In this document: in pieces, positions 20,156-32,000 of the stretch
Position numbering within the stretch: the stretch's first letter is position 1
How the letters are laid out: every line of letters begins with the position of its first letter
DNA from: Ureaplasma parvum serovar 3 str. ATCC 27815
Lineage (GTDB): Bacteria; Bacillota_I; Bacilli_A; Mycoplasmatales; Mycoplasmoidaceae
Direction of reading: 5' to 3'
DNA: 32,000 bases
Assembly: GCF_000019345.1 (NCBI RefSeq)
Contig: NC_010503.1
Coordinates: 450,001 to 482,000, forward strand
Notes under the pieces: generated by a model
The model's database searches: none
What the model was told of the DNA's origin: nothing
Seen by the model: only the letters and a program-made list of their open reading frames with translations
Made by a program: the position numbers and the translations under genes

Positions 20156-21056
20156 AAGCAAAATAATTCCTCTCTTGACTATACTTTATATTATATTTGT
20201 TTATGTAAATTTTTTGCAAGTGATAACGTATTAAATAACCTACAATAAAAATTGCATACATAAATAAACACATAATTAAAGCGTTTAATCGGTAATTTAA
20301 TTGTAAGAATTGTGCTACGGTACCATATTGTGCATAAATTGGAGAATATCAATCACCAAAACTAAAACCACTAGCGTTATTCTTAATATTAAAAATTAAT
20401 ATCATCACGTTAACATAAATGATATAAGTAATTAGAATAATATGAATGATGATATATATCCAGTATATTTTAATGGTTTTACGCGTGTTTACAAATAAAT
20501 AAAATCCAAAAAGACACAAATAAAAGTGTAAACTAAAATAAATGGGATTAGGCTTGTCCCCTATAAAAATATAAGTTATTAAACGATTTCATCTAATTGG
20601 TTCATCACCAATTAGTCCACCAATAATTGTTAACAAACCAAAACAAAAGCACAAAAAACCTAAATGATTAATAATAATCTGTTTTTTATCAAAAATGGCT
20701 ACACATGAAATTAATACTGAAAAACAAGGACATCAATCTAATAAAAATGTGCGTGAAATTGTAATAGATGCTTCATATAAATCAATATCATCACTAAATT
20801 TATCCCTTAAAACATTGATTATTTCAATATGATTAATAAAAAAAACATGAATATTTGGTGCTCATCGCAAACAACAAAAATAAATTAAAAAACTTATGCT
20901 AATTAGAGTATTAATAATTCATTTAGTGTTTATAAAATAATTTCATGTTAACCAATTATGTTTTTTAATTTGTATTGGTTTAATAAGAAAATTAGCTAAA
21001 CCAATACAAGTAATGCAAAAAATAGTTAAACCAATTAAAAAATAATTTGCTGACAA
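20136..21056 (-). CDS. Cys-rich polytopic membrane protein of unknown function, 306 aa
   Basis: Not in the ORF track (7 in-frame TGA codons). TTG at 21056 is the only plausible start in the open frame, 10 nt after GGAG. Every codon was checked to TAA at 20136-20138. The last 20 nt overlap the next ORF. Confidence 0.7.
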
Positions 21057-21136
21057 ATAACAAGCACTCCTTATTTTTTAGTATAATTCTAAGTATTAAT
21101 TAAACCAAATTAATGTTTAACTTTAATAATTATATT

Positions 21137-21170
21137 ACAACATTATTACGAGTCTTAGTAATGTTGTTTT
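21137..21170 (+). promoter_or_regulatory. Stem-loop plus short T-run in the ileS 5' leader or promoter region
   Basis: acaacatta (21137-21145) pairs perfectly with taatgttgt (21159-21167), followed by tttt. It lies 38 nt upstream of the ileS ATG. Confidence 0.4.
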
Positions 21171-21207
21171 AAGTAAATAATTCAAACAAAAAAAGGAAAA
21201 AGAGAGT

Positions 21208-23910
21208 ATGAAAGATTATAAAAGCACCCTTAATATGCCTACTACAGGTTTTGAAATGCGTGCTAATTTAAACGTTAAAGAACCAAAAATTCAACAATTT
21301 TGAGTTGAACACCAAATTTATGAAAAATTGCTAACTAAAAATAAAGACAAGAAGCCTTTTATCTTGCATGATGGGCCGCCATATGCAAATGGAAATATTC
21401 ATATTGGTCACGCTTTAAATAAAATACTAAAAGATTTTGTTGTTTCATATCACAATATGAATAATTATTACTCTCCTTATATTCCAGGATGAGATACACA
21501 TGGTTTACCAATTGAGGTTGCCTTATCTAAAAAAATTAAATTATCTAATCTAAGTGTTAATGAACGTCGTGAACAATGTAAAAAATACGCTTTAGAACAA
21601 GTTAATAATCAAATACAACAATTTTTAAGATTAGGAATGATATCAGATTTTAAACAACGCTATTTGACATTAGACCATAATTACGAAATAGATCAATTAA
21701 AACTTTTTACTTATATGCTAAAAAAAGGTTTTATTTATCAAGACTTTAAGCCTGTTTTTTGGTCATGATCATCACAAACAGCATTAGCAGAATCAGAGAT
21801 CGAGTATGCTGATCGTCAATCTTCAGCTATTTACGTAAAAATGAAGGTAGTTGATCATAATGATTTGTTTACTGATAAACCAACATCATTAGTGATTTGA
21901 ACAACAACTCCATGAACATTACCAGCTAATTTAGCAATTGCAATTCATCCAGAATTAGTTTACAGTTTAATTGAATATAAAAATGAAAATTATATAATCG
22001 CTAAACCTCTTGTTGAAACTTTTGTAAAAAAAGTTGGGTTTGAAGATTATAAATGAATTAAAGATTTTAAAGCTAATACTTTAGAAAAAATAAAATATAT
22101 TTCACCAATTAGTAAAAAGCATGCTTTTGTGATCATGGATGAGTATGTTAGTGCTAATGACGGAACGGGTTTAGTTCATAATGCGCCTGCTTTTGGTTTA
22201 GAAGACTATTATGCATGTAAAAAATATGGTATTGAAACAGTAGTTATGATAGACCAATTTGGTAAATACAATGCATTAGTAAATGATTTAGAATTAGAAA
22301 ATATGTTTTATGAAGATGCTAATCAAGTTATTTTAAATCGTTTGATGAATGAACATTTATTAATCCATCATGAAGTTATCACTCATAGTGTTGCACATGA
22401 TTGAAGAACAAAAAAACCTGTTATGTATCGTGCCACAAAACAATGGTTTGTTTCTATTGAAAAAATTTTACCTAACATTTTGCAGACCCTAAATAACGAT
22501 GTTAAATCAACTAGTTTTAGAGGAATTGAAAGAATGCATGAAATGATTGTTAATCGTAAGGAATGATGTATATCACGTCAACGCGTTTGAGGTGTTCCTA
22601 TTCCTATGATTTTTGATGAGAATCATAATGCAATTATGGATCATGAATTAGTAGAAAATATCATTAATGTTTTAAATGAAAAAGGTGTTAATGCATGATT
22701 TGATTTAGATGTAAATGCTTTTTTAACACCTAAGTATTTAAGTATGAAAAATAAAACTTTTTATAAAGAAAAAGACATTATGGATGTTTGATTTGATTCT
22801 GGTAGTTCATATAATATTTTAGGACACTATAACCTAAATTATCCAGCAGACGTTTATTTAGAAGGTTATGATCAATATCGTGGTTGATTTAATTCTTCAT
22901 TAATTACAGGGACAATTTTAAACAATCGCGCACCTTATAAATATTTAGTAGCACATGGAATGGTTCTAGATGGTGAAGGATATAAGATGTCAAAATCAAA
23001 AGGAAATGTTGTTGATCCATTAGATGTATGTAAGATTTATGGAGCAGATGTTTTAAGATTATGAATTGCTAATTCAGATTATCAGAATGATACAAGAATT
23101 TCAGAAGAGATATTAAAACAAAATGCTGAAATTTACCGAAGAATTAGAAATACTTTATTTAAATATTCATTATCAATCTTAAATGATTTTGAACCAAGTG
23201 TTGATTTTAGTTTTAATGTTCGTCAAGAAGAGCAATTTGTTTTAAATGAATTTAATGAGTTACATATAAAAGTTATTAAAGCATATGAGAATTTTGATTA
23301 TCAAACCGTTGTTAAACTATTTAACAAATTTATCTTAGATTTATCATCATGATATTTTGAAAATATTAAAGATGATATGTACTGTTTGGCAATTAATGAT
23401 CCAATTCGCAAACAAATTCAATCAGCAGTTTATTGAATTTTAAAAAATTCATTAATTGATTTAACACCAATTATTCCACACACAACTGAAGAAGCTTACT
23501 CGTTTTTAAAAGATGCTAATAAAAAAGAATCAATCCGTTTAGAGGATTTTTATGATCAATCCCAATTTCAATTCAAAAAAGGCATTGCTCATGTTAAAGC
23601 ATTCTTTAGTATTAAAGATCAAATTTTTAATGAACTTGAAAATGCACGAAAAAATAATATTTTAAAGAAAAATAATGAAGCTTTTGTAACAATTGCAAAA
23701 AATTTGATTTTAGATGATTATTTGATAAATAATCCAAAACTATTAGCAAAATGGTTTGGTGTTGCTAAGATTGAATTTGCTAATAACACAAATGTGGCTA
23801 ATGCTAATTTTAAAAAGTGCTTACGTTGTTGAAATCATTTCCCTGATGAAGAAATGTACAATGATGAATTATCAATGAATTGTTATAAAGTAATTAATAA
23901 AATAAAATAG
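21208..23910 (+). CDS. ileS: Isoleucyl-tRNA synthetase
   Basis: HIGH motif ([15 protein letters not shown]), [11 protein letters not shown] with its Trp encoded by TGA at 21490-21492, KMSKS (GYKMSKSKG), and a C-terminal Cys cluster. Track ORF 22129..22404 is an internal fragment. Stop is TAG at 23908-23910. 900 aa. Confidence 0.97.
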
Positions 23911-23913
23911 AAC

Positions 23914-26030
<2,117 letters not shown>

Positions 26031-26034
26031 ATTT

Positions 26035-26074
26035 AAAAAACGATACGCACAATAAAGGGCATATCGTTTTTTTA
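26035..26074. terminator. Bidirectional terminator serving metK (+) and tRNA-Leu (-)
   Basis: aaaaaacgata pairs with tatcgtttttt, flanked by an A-run and a T-run. It sits between the metK stop and the tRNA 3' end. Confidence 0.7.
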
Positions 26075-26087
26075 ATAAATAATATAA

Positions 26088-26169
26088 TGGTGCTCAAGAA
26101 GGGACTCGAACCCTTATGATTTCTCGGTTGATTTTGAGTCAACTGCGTCTGCCATTTCGCCACTTGAGC
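26088..26169 (-). tRNA. tRNA-Leu (anticodon CAA), class II, CCA encoded
   Basis: The reverse complement folds as acceptor GCTCAAG/CTTGAGC, a 3-bp D stem (GCG/CGC), anticodon stem GTTGA/TCAAC with loop CTCAAAA (anticodon CAA), an 11-nt variable region, T arm AAGGG-TTCGAGT-CCCTT, discriminator A, then CCA. Confidence 0.9.
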
Positions 26170-26185
26170 AAATTAAACATTAATT

Positions 26186-26191
26186 ATTATA
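26186..26191 (-). promoter_or_regulatory. -10 box (TGTTATAAT, extended -10) for tRNA-Leu
   Basis: The minus strand reads TTGTTATAATAATTAATGTTTAATTT immediately before the mature tRNA 5' end. Confidence 0.5.
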
Positions 26192-26232
26192 ACAATTTTG
26201 AATTTAAAATACTAGTAAAAGATTAATTAATT

Positions 26233-27060
26233 TTAGTTTTGACAATTTGGACAATAATAAGTTCCCCGACCGTTGACCTTTGTTTTTTGAATAATTGTTC
26301 CACAAATTTGGCATGGTTCTTTAGCGTGTGTGTGAACTAATAACATCTTTTGAAACAAACCTGTTTCATCATTACCAAATTTATAAGTGTGGATTGTTGT
26401 TCCTTTATTTTTAATTGATAATAATAAGATTCGTTGTGCTTCTTTTGTGATCTTTTCATAATTTTTTAAAGTAAGATTTTTAGCTAATATTGTAGGAAAA
26501 ATTTTAGCTGCAAATAAAATTTCATCAGCATAAATGTTACCAATTCCTGAAACAACAGATTGATCTAACAAGGCTGTTTTAATGGCTTTATTACTTTTTT
26601 TTAATTTTTCATACAAATACTGCGCTGAAAAATTATTATCTAGCGGATCTAAAGCAATCTTTTTTAATTCTTTTGAATCTAAAAAAGATTGTTGCTCATA
26701 AATGTGAAAAGTTCCAAATTGACGCGTATCATTATATCTTAATTGCATACCATTATTAAATTCAATAATAATATGAGTATGTGCTAAATTAAATCATTCC
26801 TCTTTTGCTTGATAATAAAATTTTCCCTCCATCCGCAAATGTACACTTAATACTAAATTATTACTTAAAAAAAATAATAAATATTTACCAAGACGTTTAA
26901 TTTTGACTATTTTATGATTAATTAACAGTTTTTCAAATTCTTGTGGTGTTTTATTTTTTAAAATTTTAGGTAAATGAACAATAGTTTTTTTAATAAAAAT
27001 ATCGAGAACATGATGATTTAAATAATCAACAATCGTTTGTACTTCTGGTAGCTCTGGCAT
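26233..27060 (-). CDS. mutM: Formamidopyrimidine-DNA glycosylase
   Basis: N-terminal MPELPEV and a C-terminal zinc finger CQICG...CPNC. Track ORFs 26794..27060 and 26233..26748 are in frame and joined via TGA. 275 aa. Confidence 0.95.
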
Positions 27061-27101
27061 TTTTTAAACCCCCTTATATAGCAGATTATAATATGGATAA
27101 A

Positions 27102-27971
27102 TTATTTATAATAATTTTGCATATTATTTATTTTTAAAGATGTGAATAACTCATCTAATTCTTGAGTATTATATGGTTTTAAAACAAAATTTTCTAATTT
27201 TTCATCAAACAATAAATCCGTTTGAATCGCCGCTAATTTTTTTGATAAAAAAGCCATATCTTTGTGTTCAATTAATTTATTTTTAACACTAGGTGCTATT
27301 TTTTCTAAATTAGTATAAATATTTTCTATATTATCATATTTTAAAAGTAAATTAATAGCTGTTTTAGGGCCGATTCCCTTCACGCCAATTAAATTATCAC
27401 TACTATCACCCACTAAACCCTTATATTCAATAATTTGATACGGTAAAATGCCATTATTTAATAATGAAAAATTTGTTAAATTAATTTCTTGCATAACACT
27501 TGTCCCTGTTTTTAAGAGTTTAAGTTTTGTGTTTTTGTTAATTAATTGCAACATATCACGATCTGAACTATAAATAGTTGTATCAACATCAAACTTATTC
27601 ATTAAATTACTAAAAGAACCAACAAAATCGTCAGCTTCAATTCCAGGTTGTGAAATTATTCGAAAACCCATAGCAACGAATAGTTTTTTTAAATAGGGTA
27701 ATTGAACAATTAGTTTTGCATCCATAGGTTTACGTGTCGCTTTGTAAGCAGCATATTCTTGAGCACGAAAAGTTTGTTTAGAAGCGTCCATAGCAATTAA
27801 ACCATAAGTAAATTGTTCTTGATTTAAAATCTTAAAAATCATTGAGGCTACTAATTTAATGGCATTAGTAGGCATTAATTGTTTTTCAACTGCTCATTCA
27901 GCTTGTTTATAAGTAGCGTGAAAGGCTCGATAAATCAATGAATTTCCATCAATAACAATTGCTTTTTTCAT
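27102..27971 (-). CDS. Stand-alone 5'-3' exonuclease (Pol I N-terminal domain homologue, no polymerase domain), 289 aa
   Basis: ATG at 27971 gives [19 protein letters not shown]. Also [13 protein letters not shown] and [10 protein letters not shown] (H3TH). Extends track ORF 27102..27875 through a TGA. Confidence 0.9.
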
Positions 27972-27974
27972 AAT

Positions 27975-30884
27975 CTAAATCCTTTGCTTAATATTTACAA
28001 TAAAATTAAAATGATTTAATAATTTAACTCCAAAAACATAAATACCTCCAATACTAATTTCATCAATTAAATATTTACTATTTTGAAAAATTGTTAGTGT
28101 TTGTTTTTTATTATCAATTAGTGTTTCTAAATAAAAGATATCATTCCCGTTTTTAGTTTTTGATTGCTTAATGTTTAAAACTTGTGCAAGAATGTTTGTT
28201 TCATAATTTGTGTTTATTTCATAAAAGTCTTTAATTGTATATTTTAGTTTATTATAATCAATTTCAGTTTTATAATTTGCGTAATTTAAACTATTCAAAT
28301 CAATTCCTAAATACTGAATTTCATCATCTAAATAACGATCATTAACACTCATATCTTTTGCATAATCTAAACCCACTAAATTTAAATCAAAAAAATGACC
28401 ATTCAATCCTGTTTTTTCAAAAATTTCATTCAAATTATTTAATAAAAATAAACGATTAATTCCAAAACTATCAAAAGTGCCGACTCGTATCAAAATTTCA
28501 ATGTTTTTTAAACTAACATTGCCTTTTTTTAAAGCATCAATGTATGAAATATAATCGCTTAAAGTTGATTTTTGCAGAGCAGATTTGATTTTTTTAAGTA
28601 ATTCATCACCAAAACCCTTAATTGTTTTGAAACCAAAACGAATTATTTGTTTTTGAGTATCAATAACAAAATCATTACTAAAATATTGAATATCAGGGCC
28701 CTTGATACTAATATTAAATTCTTTTGCTTCATTTAAGTATGATAATAATTTATCTTTTGATGCACTAGTATGTGATAATAATACACTTAAAAATTCTAAT
28801 GTATAATAATGTTTTAAATACGCTAATCAATAACTAATATATGAATATGCTAGTGAATGTGAATGGTTAAAACCATAATGTGCAAACGAAAAAATATATT
28901 CAAAAATTTGATTAACCAATGGTTGTTTATAATTATTATTCAAAGCACCATTGATAAAATCATCTTTTAATTGGATTAAAATTTTTTCATCTTTTTTTGA
29001 TATTGCACGGCGAAAATTATCGGAAGTAGCAATATCAAAATTTGCAATAGTTTTAACTAATTCAATCACTTGCTCTTGATAAACAATAATTCCATAAGTT
29101 GGTTCTAAAATTTTCCTTGTGGCTTCGTTTCAATAACTAAACTCTTCACGTTTAAAACGACGTTCAACAAATGTTTTAATATTTTGTTGTGGACCAGGAC
29201 GAAAAAGAGCTGAAACAATAGAAATATCTTCAATATTCTGAGGTTTGACCTTTAATAGTACTTTTTTCATTCCGGGCGATTCTAGTTGAAATATTCCGTT
29301 TGTCCTTGCTTTAGCTAAATCTTCAAAGACAAATTTATCATTATAGTTAATGTTAAAGAGATCAATTTTTTTATTTTGATTTTCATAAATCATTTTTAAA
29401 ACATTATCAATAATTGTTAAATTTTTCAAACCTAATAAATCCATTTTAATTAAACCAAAACGCTCTAAATATTCCATTGAATATTGTGATAAAGGACGGT
29501 CATTAATACCTAGTTGAATTGGAATAATATTTGAAATTAAACTATCACTTAAAATTATCCCTGCAGCGTGTGTGCCTATTTGGCGAGGAGCATTAATTAA
29601 TTTTTTAGAAATTTCAAACAACTCTTTATGCAAAAGATACATTTCTTTTAAAATCGTATTTTTTTTAATTGCTAAATCAAGATCTTCATCATATTCAGGT
29701 TTAATATTTTTACAAATTTTATCAATTACTTTTAAATCAATTCCCAAAATCCGCCCTACATCTCGAATAGCCATCTTCGCTTTTAAACGTTGAAACGTTA
29801 AAATGTAAGCAACATGATCATTGCCATATTTTTCAAATAAATATTCAATAACTAGATCGCGTTTTTCATCCATAATATCAGTATCAATATCTGGCATACT
29901 TTTTCTGGTAGGATTTAAAAAACGTTCAAAAATTAAATTATGTTTAATAGGATCAATATCTGTAATATGTAAACAATAAGCTACTAACGAACCAGCAGCA
30001 CTCCCACGTCCTGGCCCTACAATGATACCATTACTTTTAGCAAAATTAATAAAATCATAAACAATTAAAAAATAATCATCAAATTGTTTTTCATTAATAA
30101 CATCTAATTCATATTTTAATCTTTGAACATAAATTTTATTAACTTGGCCATCGTTAGCATTTAAGCGTTTTTTTAATCCGCTAATACATAATTGTTTTAA
30201 AATTTCACTTGAAATAATTGAATTTTGTTTATCATAAACCGGAATATTAATTGGTAAATCATGAATTTGTACTTTTAATTCATTTAAAACTTTATTTAAA
30301 TTATTTAAAGCAATTGGTGAAAAAAATGATTGTGCTAGATTATCATTTAGAAAATGATTATTATCAAAATCGCAACAATTTTTAAAATCTTCTAACTTTA
30401 AATCATTTTTGATTGCTAACATTGCTAAAAAAACAATTTTATCATTTTTGTTAGCATAGAAAACACTTTGTAATGCAATCGCATTAGGAGCATTTTGATC
30501 ATGCGTTTGATAAAAATTAGGACTCTTAAAAACTATAGTTCCTTTTTTACAAACAATAATTAAGTCATCAAAATCATCTTGAATTTCAAATTCTTTACTT
30601 GTCATAATTCAAGATGATCATTTGATTAATTTTAAATAGCCATTATAATTTTTAGCATAAGCTACTAAAGTAGCATTTTGATATTCAAATTCTAATCCGA
30701 TAATAGGAGTTAAATTATGTGCTTTTGCTTTATCATAAAATTCGATACAGCCATACATATTATTTAAATCAGTTAAGCAAACGTATGGTTGTTTGTTATC
30801 TAATGCGTATTTAATTAAATCATCAATACTTAAAGTACTATTAAGTAAAGAATAATGTGAATGCACATTTAAATTAATAAACAT
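27975..30884 (-). CDS. dnaE: DNA polymerase III alpha subunit DnaE
   Basis: Four track ORFs (30618..30884, 29130..30605, 28827..29069, 27975..28493) share one frame. PHP domain NLNVHSHYSLL, GRGSAAGSLVAYCLHITDIDP and PDIDTD. 969 aa; TAG at 27975-27977. Confidence 0.95.
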
Positions 30885-31096
30885 TATAAATTTTGTTGTT
30901 TCTCTTTAATAATTTTTTTGATCTTTTCACGTGTTTTCTTATCAATTTTTTCATATTCTAAGATATATGATAATTCTTCAATCGAATGTTCTTCGTACGG
31001 TTTTTGTTCATCAATATCATTAATATCGAAAATAGATGTTTCTTGTACTTTTGAACGCTCAAATAACTTTTCAAAATCACTTTTTTTATCACTCAT
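30884..31096 (-). CDS. Small acidic protein, 70 aa, translationally coupled to dnaE
   Basis: Intact ORF with an AGGATG-like RBS. Its stop overlaps the dnaE ATG as TAATG at 30884. Highly charged, with a Lys-rich C-terminus. Confidence 0.6.
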   Translation of the reverse strand: MSDKKSDFEKLFERSKVQETSIFDINDIDEQKPYEEHSIEELSYILEYEKIDKKTREKIKKIIKEKQQNL

Positions 31097-31133
31097 AATT
31101 TATTACACATCCTTATAAAAATTTTATTAATTT

Positions 31134-31165
31134 ATTACCTAATATTATAAATAAAATTAGGTAAT
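31134..31165. promoter_or_regulatory. Perfect 10-bp inverted repeat enclosing a minus-strand TATAAT
   Basis: attacctaat (31134-31143) and attaggtaat (31156-31165). The 12-nt loop reads TTTATTTATAAT on the minus strand. It lies between the nrnA-like stop and the small ORF. Confidence 0.45.
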
Positions 31166-31180
31166 GGCTTATATTTTTAT

Positions 31181-32000
31181 TTAATCAACAACTATTTTAT
31201 TTTTAATTAGTGCATCAAGAGCACTTAATAAATTTTCTAATTGATCTATATTAGTTAAACTACAACCTGCTGCCAAATCATGTCCGCCTCCATTAAATTG
31301 ACTAGCAACCAAACGTACTTTGTACTTATTACTTCGTAATGAGACTTTATAAGTATTTGTATTTTCATCAAAATATACGATGAATCAAATGGGATAATTT
31401 TTAATATTACTTAATAAATAAACTTTATCTCCTCATCTTGTAAAATGATATTTTTGATTTCATTGCGGATCAATGTTTAAGTATGCAACTTGTCCTTGTG
31501 TTTTGATTGTTTTAACCAATTCATTATCAAATAAAATATCATTTAAATTACGTTCATACAATTGTTGATAAATTTGATAATGTTTGACATTATTTTTAAA
31601 AAATCAAGACATAATCTCATATGTAAAATCACTTACTTTATCGTACATCAAACGATTTGAATCAGTAGTAATACCTAATAAAAGATAATTTAAAGTTTTT
31701 AAATCAAAATTTAAATTAGTATGCATTAATGAATATGCTATCATTTCACAAGCTGCAATTGATTGATCATTAATGTATTCAAGATCAGTATAAGTTATTG
31801 TTTTTACATGATGATCAACTAAAATTGTTTTTTTTGCTAATCTATGTTTTTGTGATAAAACTCTTTCTTGATTAGCTGTATCAACAATAAAAGCTATTGA
31901 ATCTTTAATAAATTCATCATCAACTTCATTGGGATCAAATGTAAAAAAATTTTTAAAATCATTAGGATTTAATGCGTTAACCCCAACAATTTTAACTCTT
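31181..32000 (-). CDS. nrnA: DHH/DHHA1 phosphoesterase (NrnA-like nanoRNase / pAp phosphatase), C-terminal part; 5' end is outside the window
   Basis: Not in the ORF track (many TGA codons). The reverse translation contains VDHHV (DHH motif) and FNGGGHDLAAG (DHHA1 GGGH motif) in phase with TAA at 31181-31183. Confidence 0.7.

Noticed and set aside
21061-21207. Possible T-box riboswitch upstream of ileS
   Set aside because: The region is too short, and it lacks the conserved T-box sequence and specifier-loop architecture. Only a simple hairpin is present.
29572-29793. Track ORF 29572..29793 (+)
   Set aside because: Antisense to dnaE.
30918-31118. Track ORF 30918..31118 (+)
   Set aside because: Antisense to the small acidic ORF, which has the better context: an RBS and a TAATG coupling to dnaE.

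Overview
Very AT-rich chromosomal segment from a Mollicutes (Mycoplasma-type) genome. It only makes sense when TGA is read as Trp (translation table 4). Conserved motifs run straight through TGA, for example IleRS P-G-W-D-T-H-G-L-P with TGA at 21490-21492. Most entries in the supplied ORF track are therefore fragments, and several genes are absent from it altogether. After rejoining fragments by hand I call about 31 CDS and one tRNA.

Gene order, left to right:
- SF1 helicase 3' end, polytopic membrane protein, CIRCE-clpB, 594-aa membrane protein.
- Minus-strand block: rnhC, two tandem small paralogues, DivIVA-domain protein, acpS.
- 201-aa hypothetical.
- Minus-strand type-II ABC importer (lipoprotein SBP plus two FecCD permeases, no ATPase).
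- mnmA, a signal-anchored protein, an IS256-family transposase relic, plsY, a Trp-rich membrane protein.
- Minus-strand block: Cys-rich membrane protein, IS3-family HTH-only relic, CIRCE-like operator, dnaJ-grpE.
- ileS-tsaD-metK, tRNA-Leu(CAA).
- Minus-strand replication/repair block: nrnA-like, small acidic ORF, dnaE, 5'-3' exonuclease, fpg.

I saw no rRNA, CRISPR array, prophage or complete recognisable defence system. I also could not identify a convincing complete novel multi-gene system. The best leads are:
- an orphan near-consensus promoter whose 17-nt spacer is a (TA)9 tract;
- two truncated but still open transposase-derived ORFs;
- a symmetric CIRCE variant embedded in the dnaJ-grpE promoter;
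- a tandem pair of small paralogous membrane proteins in the rnhC/DivIVA/acpS gene string;
- an ATPase-less ABC importer;
- a small acidic ORF translationally coupled to dnaE.

All functional calls rest on motif recognition by eye. No database search was possible. Coordinates were derived by hand-phasing codons.
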